NCBI GenBank assembly: GCA_963675595.2
Contig: CAXXLZ010000002.1
Span: forward strand, 4,256,001 to 4,320,000
Direction of reading: 5' to 3'
Origin: Thermodesulfobacteriota bacterium
GTDB lineage: Bacteria > Desulfobacterota > Desulfarculia > JACQYL01
DNA length: 64,000 nucleotides
Program-made: the position numbers and the translations under genes
Shown here: one piece after another, positions 32,652 to 40,958 of the stretch
Numbering within the stretch: position 1 is the first letter of the stretch
How the letters are laid out: every line of letters begins with the position of its first letter
Notes under the pieces: generated by a model
What the model was told of the DNA's origin: nothing
Seen by the model: only the letters and a program-made list of their open reading frames with translations
Database searches by the model: none

Positions 32652-32969
32652 TCAGACCCGGACACGGATTTTGTCCACGTCCTTGACCTTCTTGGGCTCC
32701 CAGTAGAGGTCGCGATCCACTTCGAATCCCGGCCTCACCTTCAAATCCCGAAGTTCACCGAAGGAGATATAGCCCCACTCAGCCATTTCCGGGTCACCCA
32801 GGATCGCGTAACCCCAGAACAGGTCCTCTCCGTCGTATTCCACGACGTACCAGTCAAAGGCTCCAAGGAAAAAATGCAGCCTGACCAGCTTCTCTTCGAT
32901 GGGCGTTCCCTCGGTCTCATAGAGCCTCGGAAGCCTGTCCAATTCCTCTTTCGTCGGTATGTTCCACAT
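32652..32969 (-). CDS. DUF2958-family protein
   Basis: LPRLYETE, WYVVEYD, EWGYISFGEL, EVDRDLYW. Confidence 0.85.
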   Translation of the reverse strand: MWNIPTKEELDRLPRLYETEGTPIEEKLVRLHFFLGAFDWYVVEYDGEDLFWGYAILGDPEMAEWGYISFGELRDLKVRPGFEVDRDLYWEPKKVKDVDKIRVRV

Positions 32970-33105
32970 GGTAAATCACCTCCTGCTTTTTCAATTCTCC
33001 GCCGCAGAATACGCAGCGGCACTGATCGAGATAGGGAAACTCTCTTCCTTCGATGAAAACTTGAAGGAAGTACTCACTGCCGCAAAACCGGCACTGAACC
33101 CGCAT
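32917..33105 (-). CDS. Small Zn-ribbon protein
   Basis: MRVQCRFCG...CVFCGG; AGGAGG SD. Confidence 0.55.
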   Translation of the reverse strand: MRVQCRFCGSEYFLQVFIEGREFPYLDQCRCVFCGGELKKQEVIYHVEHTDERGIGQASEAL

Positions 33106-33115
33106 GACGCTCCTC

Positions 33116-33397
33116 CTAAAACAAGCTCGTGTGATGTCCGCAGTAGGGGCAAAATCTGTCGCCGAAGTCGTTGTAATCGAGCCCCAAAAAGAGCCACTCG
33201 ATTCGGTAGATGTTTCCGCAACGCCCGCAAGTTGCCGGCTCGGGCCGATCCCTGCAGGGCTTCCTGAGCATCTTCTTCCGGTTGAAACAACTGCGGCCGC
33301 AGCTCTCGCAGATTTCCCATTCATCGAATACCTGAAGGATTCCGTTGCACTCCGGGCACTGCTTCTCTTCAATATTTGCGTAAAGCGCATGATCCAT
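33116..33397 (-). CDS. Multi-CxxC Zn-finger protein
   Basis: CPEC, CESC, CGRC, CPYC; AGGAGG SD. Confidence 0.7.
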   Translation of the reverse strand: MDHALYANIEEKQCPECNGILQVFDEWEICESCGRSCFNRKKMLRKPCRDRPEPATCGRCGNIYRIEWLFLGLDYNDFGDRFCPYCGHHTSLF

Positions 33398-33478
33398 TTC
33401 TTCCTCCTGAAACAAAAAAAGGCCTGGAACTCCATGGTTCCCGCCTCGTTAGGTCGACACTAATTCCCGTATGTATGA

Positions 33479-33934
33479 TCAATGAGTCTTGATGACGCCC
33501 CGCTCGGACAGACTTTCAAAGCGGCCTTCATCGCCCACAACCACATGATCCACCACCCCGACATCGAAGAGTTCGGCACAACGGGTGAGTTTCTCGGTGA
33601 TCGCGATATCTTCTGCGCTGGGTTCCGGGCATCCGCTGGGATGATTATGGATGAACGCCACTTTAGCGGAATTACTCAGGAAAACGGCCTTGAATATTTC
33701 CCGTACGGATAGAATGGTCTGGCTCAAGGTTCCCACGCTTACCAGATGGATGCAGTTCACGTAGTTCTTGACGTTCAGGCACACCAGAAGAAACATCTCC
33801 CGGTCCGCGTTTCCCATGAACTTCATGCCGAGTTCAGCCAAGTCCTGCGGTCCTCGGATTGGCTTCTTCCCATAGGGGATCGAGCCGTCCCTGACCATTT
33901 TGACGCTCACGATATCGATTCTTTCCTTCATCAT
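33479..33934 (-). CDS. radC: RadC/JAB-domain protein
   Basis: DRE.F, HNHPSG.PEPSAED, DHVVVG. Confidence 0.92.
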   Translation of the reverse strand: MMKERIDIVSVKMVRDGSIPYGKKPIRGPQDLAELGMKFMGNADREMFLLVCLNVKNYVNCIHLVSVGTLSQTILSVREIFKAVFLSNSAKVAFIHNHPSGCPEPSAEDIAITEKLTRCAELFDVGVVDHVVVGDEGRFESLSERGVIKTH

Positions 33935-34007
33935 AGAAAACCTCCCTGGAAATCCCTTGATTGGGGCTGTCCACAATGCTCGGACAGCCCGTGAGGTCGA
34001 TAATGCC

Positions 34008-34265
34008 CTAAAACGGAATATCGTCTCCGGCCTGACCCATCGACTTGATGCCGAAGTCCAGGAATGCCTGCCGAAACAATTCCGAGGCGGTCGGGAGATC
34101 ACTCGCCCGAAGATTGGGTGAGGTCTTCCAGTTGCCGTCGGCATCCTTGAACACGCGTTGCAGACTGAAGGTATGGTAGTTCCCTTTTGCGCCGTCGTTT
34201 TCCCAGACACTGACGACGACTCCGTTTGCCCGATACTTCCTCACCGGTTTGTTGCTCTCGCTCAT
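34008..34265 (-). CDS. Small PC4/SpoVG-like ssDNA-binding protein with DDIPF tail
   Basis: VSVWEN..SLQRVFKDADGNWK; C-terminal DDIPF; GGAGG SD. Confidence 0.65.
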   Translation of the reverse strand: MSESNKPVRKYRANGVVVSVWENDGAKGNYHTFSLQRVFKDADGNWKTSPNLRASDLPTASELFRQAFLDFGIKSMGQAGDDIPF

Positions 34266-34358
34266 GATCCTTCCTCCTCTTTCGTTGATATGATGCTCTA
34301 ACAGCCGCTCCATCCACAGCGGATGCACAGCGGACATCGTCCGTCGCGGTGGAGAATT

Positions 34359-34658
34359 TCACCGCAGTCCGGACATCGCTCGACCCTTCTCGGACTCGGT
34401 TTGTTCGGTTGCTTGACTTCCGAGGTAATGGATCGCCTTTTTGACGGTTTCTTGGTGATCATAGAATTCATCCAACAACTCCTTTCTCTTGGGTAATTCA
34501 TTGGTTTTGAAGATTTCCTTTGCTTCGAGATGCAGGCCGATCAGGCCCAGTAACAGCTCCGCTCCGAATTGATGGGACGGCTGGACCGACTGCGCCGCTT
34601 CCCGCCACTCGCGTCTCAGGCAAAAGAGGCCCCGACGCAACTTGGACGACGCATTCAA
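34359..34658 (-). CDS. Hypothetical protein
   Basis: GAGGAGGTGA SD before a TTG start; 99 aa. Confidence 0.55.
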   Translation of the reverse strand: MNASSKLRRGLFCLRREWREAAQSVQPSHQFGAELLLGLIGLHLEAKEIFKTNELPKRKELLDEFYDHQETVKKAIHYLGSQATEQTESEKGRAMSGLR

Positions 34659-34873
34659 GATTCACCTCCTCTCTCTGTGTGTAGTGCTCGTCGTTGTTGA
34701 AACGTGTGATTGAAGCTGTCGCTAAAACGAAGGGGATACGGGCCGTCTTCACGGACGGCGCGCTGCAAAACGGTGGGTACAGGCTTCACCCGACAAAATC
34801 GCTGTAGGTGGTCCGGGGAAACCCGCATTGGTGACACGGATCGCTAAACGCCTGGCTCTGCAAAGGTGTCCGC

Positions 34874-36910
34874 TTAACGCTCCGCTTTTTCGGTGAGTAG
34901 GATGGGGATGATCTTTTCGATGAAGTCTTTGGCGAGGTAGGCTTGAATGCCCTGAATCTTGAGGAGTGATTGAATTTTGGTGAGGGCTTCGGGGTTCGTC
35001 GCGATCATGAACTTCCGAATGGAGACGTGGTTCGAGAGGGTCTCGACGTTCTTCCTGATGTCCGATTTTCCGGTCTCGACCTGAACCGCCAAACCACCGT
35101 TGCAGTCGGCCACGAGATCCAGGTTGTCCTTTTCCAGGAACACTCGGCAGTGCCCGGCAAGCGACTGTCTGATTCTTTCGACCCAGTAGTTGTGTTCGAC
35201 ACCGCCCCGAACTCGAGAATTCTCGAGTTTCAGGCCTTCTCGGTGAAGTTGCTCTCCGGCCTGCGGCGTCAATTCAAAGAGCCGGTTTCGGTCCACAAGG
35301 ACTTCCTTGAGCAGGCCTTTCGTGAGGAGACCGTCCAGGCAGAGAGTTCCCTCCCGAGGGTTCATTCCGAGCTTCTTGTAACGTTTTTGAACTCCGTCGA
35401 AAGGATGAAGCGCGATGTCATCCAGCAGAATCCGCTCCATGGGGGAGAGTGTTTCCGAGCTTGAAAGCTCATGAAAGGAGTTTATTTCAGGAGTTAGAGC
35501 TTGGTTTGGATGTTCATTTACTGAAGAAGAGTTTATTCTAGTTTTTATGACTTTATCCCGGACCATTCCCTTGTCGATTTTGAATTCCGGAACCGATATC
35601 AGGAACGGAAACGGGACCCTTCCGGTCTTCACAATGGCCTCTCCCACCTTGAGCATGCCGTAGTAAGTTTCATTCCCGGTGGGAATGAGCTGGGAACGGC
35701 TCAAACTCGAGAAATCTTGAGACAGAGAGGTTTGAAAGCCGATCCGGGTATAGACATTCCCAAGAGCTGAGACTGAAACTTTGTGGGGATGCTGATCGAG
35801 AATCACGATGCCTTCCCCGAGCTCTCTGATCTCCCTCATCATGACGTCCGTGATGTCTTCTTCCTTGCTCGTTCGAAGAAGCAGGTGATGGGCTTCCTCA
35901 ATGACGATCATGTGCTTTAGAATCTCCCTTTCCGGCTCCTGCATCCGGTAGAAATAGATCCAAAGAAGCAGGCTTCCGATGATGAAGGTCTTGTCCGAAT
36001 CCGAAAGTCCGTCCAGCTCCAGGATCACGTTTTTCCGGAGCAGTTTTGGGATTGAAATGGGACTGAGACTGGTAATGAGACTGGGACTGAGAGCGGGATT
36101 GAGCTTGGGAATAGGACTGGGATTGGGACTGGGACTGGGACTGACGCTGGGAGATTGAAAATTCACAACCTCGTTCAGGCCCGGGAAGGTAAGACTGTTC
36201 AGCGTTCTCTTGGCCGAACTCAGCCAGAGCATCTCTCTGCCCCGGCGGTTTTGCTTGTCGATATAGCGTTTCATGTCCGCGAAGGTCGGGAGACTCATGG
36301 CGTCCATCAAGACGTCCGACGCTCCCGGACCTAACAAATATGCCTTCTCGATAATCTCCATCAGTTTCTTCGACCAGATGGGAGGCTCGACTCCGGGCGG
36401 AGGAATCTTGGGATTGAAACGGAAAGGGCTGACCTCCCTTCCCACGGTAAAGATCAGGATGTCCTCATTCCGGAAATCCGGATGGGTCAAAAGGTCCCGG
36501 TAGTTTCGTTTCCAATCGAAGATCAGAAACGGGATCTTCGCCTTGACGAATTCCCGGATAAGATTCATGCACGCGGTAGTCTTGCCGGAACCGGTCTGCC
36601 CGAAAAGACCCACATGTCGAATCAACTCCTCCTTTCTGAGACCAAAGGGAAAGAGCTTCCTGCCGCAATAGGAGACGTGTCCGAGTTGCAAATCGCCGGC
36701 CGCCTCATTCTTTCCCGGCGGCGGCAGCATAACGGCGTTTTCGAACGCCACTCCCGTATGCTGCAGGAGCATGGAATCGACCATGGATTCGATTTCGCGC
36801 TTGGCTCTCGGATTCTCCTCTATCTGATAAAGCGACCACAAAGCCCGAAGCTCTCCGGAAGAAACGAAGGGCTCGAGCCGTCTCAGCTTTTCGGCAACGG
36901 TTACGATCAT
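34874..36910 (-). CDS. HerA/VirB4/TraD-like P-loop ATPase with C-terminal wHTH and nuclease-like domain
   Basis: HVGLFGQTGSGKT, IFDWK..Y, IEEAH, LDQHP; C-terminal EH...DLV...AVQVETGKS. Confidence 0.85.
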   Translation of the reverse strand: MIVTVAEKLRRLEPFVSSGELRALWSLYQIEENPRAKREIESMVDSMLLQHTGVAFENAVMLPPPGKNEAAGDLQLGHVSYCGRKLFPFGLRKEELIRHVGLFGQTGSGKTTACMNLIREFVKAKIPFLIFDWKRNYRDLLTHPDFRNEDILIFTVGREVSPFRFNPKIPPPGVEPPIWSKKLMEIIEKAYLLGPGASDVLMDAMSLPTFADMKRYIDKQNRRGREMLWLSSAKRTLNSLTFPGLNEVVNFQSPSVSPSPSPNPSPIPKLNPALSPSLITSLSPISIPKLLRKNVILELDGLSDSDKTFIIGSLLLWIYFYRMQEPEREILKHMIVIEEAHHLLLRTSKEEDITDVMMREIRELGEGIVILDQHPHKVSVSALGNVYTRIGFQTSLSQDFSSLSRSQLIPTGNETYYGMLKVGEAIVKTGRVPFPFLISVPEFKIDKGMVRDKVIKTRINSSSVNEHPNQALTPEINSFHELSSSETLSPMERILLDDIALHPFDGVQKRYKKLGMNPREGTLCLDGLLTKGLLKEVLVDRNRLFELTPQAGEQLHREGLKLENSRVRGGVEHNYWVERIRQSLAGHCRVFLEKDNLDLVADCNGGLAVQVETGKSDIRKNVETLSNHVSIRKFMIATNPEALTKIQSLLKIQGIQAYLAKDFIEKIIPILLTEKAER
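36058..36152 (-). repeat. Hexamer-derived Pro/Ser low-complexity insert in the ATPase
   Basis: (GGGACT/GAGACT/GGGATT)n encoding SPSVSPSPSPNPSPIPKLNPALSPSLITSLSP. Confidence 0.8.
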
Positions 36911-37677
36911 TGGAATTCCCTCTCACACCACCCCCCGCATAGACAGGGATAGTCCTCTTCACGCTCGGACAGGGTCAGCTCGTGCATTCGGCGGATTTCT
37001 TCCGCAGCCCAATCCGCGAGTTCTTGGGTAGGCTTGAAAATTTTGGGATTGTCTTTGGAGGGTGGGAATTTCAGGAAATGAACTGAGACTCTATCGGGAA
37101 GCTTTCCGTTCACTTCCCGCTCGAGGAGGGCGTAGATCGCAAGCTGGAGTTTGATGTCGGGTGTAATCTCCTGGTATTTCGAAGTCTTATAATCCCTGAT
37201 CTCGACGAATTCTCGAGAATAACGGGCATCCAAGATGCCTTGGGCACCATGTATTTGACTCACAAGCCGTATTTCCGGCTCAGGCGGGCTTCTTCCGCTG
37301 CTCATTTCGCGGATGAACTGGTGAAGCCAGTTCAACGCCATCTTCCTGGCCTCGACGAGTTGGCCTTCGGCCTCGTCCCGACCGCCGGAGAGCGTCCGAA
37401 TCTCGAGAATTCTCGAGTTCCACAGGAAATCCACCCTGTCCAGAATCCGCTTTCGGCTTTCCGCATAGGGCGCTTCGAGAATCTCGGGAGTATATTCCTG
37501 AACAAAGGCTTCCGCAGCCTGGTGAACCACCTGCCCCACGATGAAGCACATCTTGGGTTTGGTTTTCAGTTTCCTGACGTATCTAAGATAGAACTTTCTC
37601 GGGCATCCCCATCGGAACCGCGCATCCTTTTTGTAGGAGAGAATGGCCGACGGGCTCAGGATTCGTTTGAAGGTCAT
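36907..37677 (-). CDS. PD-(D/E)XK nuclease (Cas4/AddB-like)
   Basis: LSPSAI..Y, CPRKFYLRY, G..VH, GILD, IRDYKTSK, QLAIYA, C-terminal C.WC. Confidence 0.88.
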   Translation of the reverse strand: MTFKRILSPSAILSYKKDARFRWGCPRKFYLRYVRKLKTKPKMCFIVGQVVHQAAEAFVQEYTPEILEAPYAESRKRILDRVDFLWNSRILEIRTLSGGRDEAEGQLVEARKMALNWLHQFIREMSSGRSPPEPEIRLVSQIHGAQGILDARYSREFVEIRDYKTSKYQEITPDIKLQLAIYALLEREVNGKLPDRVSVHFLKFPPSKDNPKIFKPTQELADWAAEEIRRMHELTLSEREEDYPCLCGGWCEREFQ

Positions 37678-37835
37678 TTTGATCGGTCGTAACGGCTCCG
37701 CACCTGCATTTCCCTCACAAAGTACACGATCACTTTTTCCAGTTGATGTTTTTCCATGGCGAGCGCGAAGGCTCCCGGCACTTCGTAGAGCTTTTCCACG
37801 TCCGTCATGGTGACGTCCTTATATTGGTATTTCAT
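37674..37835 (-). CDS. Small hypothetical protein
   Basis: 53 aa; fills the gap between coupled genes. Confidence 0.55.
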   Translation of the reverse strand: MKYQYKDVTMTDVEKLYEVPGAFALAMEKHQLEKVIVYFVREMQVRSRYDRSK

Positions 37836-37837
37836 TC

Positions 37838-38392
37838 TCAGGTTTTTCCTCCCAGCAATTTGGCCTTGTCCTCTATCGACCTCCGGTACTCCACGGTATC
37901 CCTGAGTTCCTTGCCCAAAAACAGAATGTCCCTGAAATAGGCGGCAAGTTCCATTCTCCGGTCCCGCTCGAGATCGATCTTCCGCGTCTCCAGTCCGATC
38001 CAGTCTCGGTCCCTTCGATAGACCTTGTAGCCCATCTCGAAAATGAGGTTCTGGCAGGTGCAAAGATCCCGCTCGATGCCGTAGAGGTTCTCCTCCTTGA
38101 TCAGCCTCCGCTTATCGATGGCTTCGATCACGGCTTCGATCCGATCTTCCGTCCTTTGAATCTTTGCTCCCAACATCCCTTCCAGGCTCAGAAACCCCAC
38201 ATTTTTTTCGGAGGGCACACCTTCATAAACAGAAGGGGACGCCAAGTAGGACGCTCCGCTTCCGTAAGGGGAGACCAAGTAGGACGCTCCGCTTCCGTAA
38301 GGGGAGACCAAGTAGGACGCTCCGCTTCCGTAATTCGATGTGGGTCGTATGGGAGAGTACGAACCAAGCCGCGAAAAATAATCATCACTCAT
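37838..38392 (-). CDS. Coiled-coil hypothetical protein with N-terminal YGSGASYLVSP repeats
   Basis: 184 aa; first gene of the operon. Confidence 0.75.
   Translation of the reverse strand: MSDDYFSRLGSYSPIRPTSNYGSGASYLVSPYGSGASYLVSPYGSGASYLASPSVYEGVPSEKNVGFLSLEGMLGAKIQRTEDRIEAVIEAIDKRRLIKEENLYGIERDLCTCQNLIFEMGYKVYRRDRDWIGLETRKIDLERDRRMELAAYFRDILFLGKELRDTVEYRRSIEDKAKLLGGKT
38242..38333. repeat. 33-bp tandem repeat, about 2.8 copies
   Basis: CCAAGTAGGACGCTCCGCTTCCGTAAGGGGAGA units. Confidence 0.95.
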
Positions 38393-38881
38393 AAGTAGTT
38401 GAAATCAGCTTCTTATATAAAAAGCTTTCCCTTTTTCCCGCTCAAATGAACGACCCGAAGCCAAACAGCTACACACGAATCCCCTTCAGAGGCCACTTAC
38501 TGGTCAACGGCGGACGAAATTGGAAGGCGTCCCCGCCGTCCCCAACCCCGAACGAAAGGAAAAGCTTTATGGCAGGATTTGAAGACTTTCCGTCGGGAGT
38601 GGTTTTGGTAAGAAACGGCAGGCCTGAAGAGGATTCTTTTCGGCGAAGATTTCGTTTTTAGAGTCCATGAACGACCAATGATTCCTTCGCGTGTTACTTC
38701 CTCTCTCGTAAGGCCTATGAAGCCTCTTTCCCCCCTATGTCGACTGTATCGGCAACCCTATCCCGGTCAATCGGTAAAAACGGCCCGGTTTCCCGAAACC
38801 CGTTTCCGGTGGTTGAATGCATCCCCATTCTAATCCCTGATGATTCTGCGAAGAATTCCTTCTGGGTTCCAGATTAGAGTT

Positions 38882-38897
38882 CGGCACAGTTGTTGCT
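38882..38897 (+). promoter_or_regulatory. Sigma-54 (-24/-12) promoter of the PEP-CTERM gene
   Basis: CGGCACAGTTGTTGCT fits GG-N10-GC. Confidence 0.7.
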
Positions 38898-39029
38898 TGT
38901 ATTGTATGACAAAATGATTAAAATGAACTAAATGACTAGCAAGCGAAATTCGAGATATCGGATAAGATTCTTAGGCACCACGTGTGAATGATCGCGGCGA
39001 CTCGATCGCCTGTAGCGGGAGGTGTAGAT

Positions 39030-39806
39030 ATGGAAAAGAAGTTGAGTGCGAATGGAATGAGAGGAATGCGATTCGCGCAAGCGCTCGTGCTGGTCGCTGT
39101 GCTGTGTGCATGGTCCGGGTCCGGCTGGGCGCTCTCGATTGGTACGTTTACGCCCAGCGGGGCGCCGGTGGGAAACCCGGCGATCTACAATACGTTGTAC
39201 AACGTGGAAATCCTTGGGGGCGATGTGGGGAAGTACTTCTCGGTCGATTGGCTGCTGCCCACGACCTACACCGGCTTGAGCGATGAATTGAGCGCCAACG
39301 CACTGATCACCATCGACGATTTCACCGCATCTGAGCTGACACTGACGGTGAAGTTGACCAACAGCACCACGTCTGCGGTTCAGGCGGGGTGGACAGCCTT
39401 TGGTTTCAGTGTAACGCCCGACGGAACGGCCGCATACTCCGATGCCGGCAGCAAATTCGACGGAGTGGAGTCCGGCAGCGGTCCGAATCAGACCTTCCCC
39501 GGGGGATACAAATTGATCGATGTGTGCGCGTATGCCGCCGATAATTGCGGCGGGGGCAACATCAGCGACGGTCTGCAGAGCGGCGGCAATACGGACACCT
39601 TTACGCTGACCATCAGCGGTAGCTTTTCCGGTGAAGACGGTTTGAAGGTGGTTTTGGACTCTTTTCCTGCGAAGTTCCAGACAGCGGCGGGTTCTTTCGA
39701 GATCGCAGGCACCACCACGACCGTGCCCGTGCCGGCGGCTGCCTTGCTTCTGGGATCGGGTCTTGTCGGTCTGGCAGGTTTGAGACGTAGACGAACACAG
39801 CGTTAA
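39030..39806 (+). CDS. PEP-CTERM/VPLPA-CTERM exosortase substrate
   Basis: Signal peptide; C-terminal VPVPAAALLLGSGLVGLAGLRRR. Confidence 0.9.
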   Translation: MEKKLSANGMRGMRFAQALVLVAVLCAWSGSGWALSIGTFTPSGAPVGNPAIYNTLYNVEILGGDVGKYFSVDWLLPTTYTGLSDELSANALITIDDFTASELTLTVKLTNSTTSAVQAGWTAFGFSVTPDGTAAYSDAGSKFDGVESGSGPNQTFPGGYKLIDVCAYAADNCGGGNISDGLQSGGNTDTFTLTISGSFSGEDGLKVVLDSFPAKFQTAAGSFEIAGTTTTVPVPAAALLLGSGLVGLAGLRRRRTQR

Positions 39807-39842
39807 CCGGTGAACTTTAATAAGTGAAATTCAGAGAGAGAT

Positions 39843-39879
39843 AGCGGGGTCTCGATGTACGGGTCCCCGCTTTTCTTTT
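39843..39879 (+). terminator. Intrinsic terminator
   Basis: AGCGGGG...CCCCGCT followed by a T-tract. Confidence 0.75.
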
Positions 39880-40958
39880 GACTGCTTTCGGACGGGTATT
39901 TTGAGACCGGCAAGATCGCTTACGAAAACTGTAACTTTCAGGAAGCTCGGAGCCCTTTTCTTATGCCCGAAAGACGGGAAATAATCTCATTATTACTCCA
40001 ATATAAACTTACATAAACCTGCATAAACTCACCAAAGACATAAAAAACCACACGAAAACTTGGTTTCGTTTGATAAAAAAGCATAGCTTTGATTATCTCA
40101 CAAAATCGCCGACACCACCAAAAGCCCGCCGGAGGCGGGCCCCGCCCGCAGGGCGAAGGGGCGTTGGGTTCGTTAGAACCCGACTCACCGTGAACCCCAT
40201 GGGGTTCACCAACCCACTCCCATCAAATTCCAATCGAACCGCTCCGATCCCAAAAGACCCCGATGTCCATCATCGGTCTTCCTCGGATCATTCGGATCAT
40301 AAGGTGACGATTTCCCAATCCTCCAAATCCGACTCTTCGGACATCCCCAAAACCGCCCCCCCTGACCACACGACCGTCGTGGAAAGAATGACCCATCTTC
40401 CCGGCGGTAGAATACTCCAACCGGAAGCAGCCGCTCCGGATCACTCTCCCCTTCCAAAGAAGTATGCATCACAAGCATCCGCTCAAAGGAACGCATGCGC
40501 AACCGAAGTGTTCTTCCCGGTAAGCCGGTACATTTCGGAACCAGGGTTTCCGGCGTGAGCCCGGAAGCCTGTTGTTCACGTTAAACAGCCCCATACCCGG
40601 CTCGTACCGATACGACCCGGCATGGCCGCTTCATCGAGCGCTTGCCCAGACGAAAGCCGCAACGGCTCGCCCTCTCGAAAGAGGTCAACGGCAATTCCCG
40701 CTCGCGGCAAGAATTGCCGACACAACGAATCCCAAAAACATGGCCATGAAAAGGGCGCCACTGACCGGCCTCATGGCCTTGCCTATCTCGCTCCGAGATG
40801 AAAAACTTTCGGCCGATGCCCGGAGCAGCGGACATCCGACCGCAAAGCTTATTAAGGAGCCGTCCTCAACTCTCCATACGCAGAGCGCATAGAGGAGAGC
40901 AACCATTCGAACGACTCCGTCGCCGCTCTGCCGAAAACCGACGTTCTAACACAGCGAA

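Noticed and set aside
34298-34501. Overlapping ORF ending in a CPDC...CPLCIRCGWSGC Zn-ribbon
   Set aside because: It may be real, but it overlaps 34359-34658 and has no clear start or SD, so it was not called.
38242-38333. Possible CRISPR array near the Cas4-like gene
   Set aside because: The units are contiguous identical 33-mers with no unique spacers, are in frame in a CDS, and no cas1/cas2 is present.
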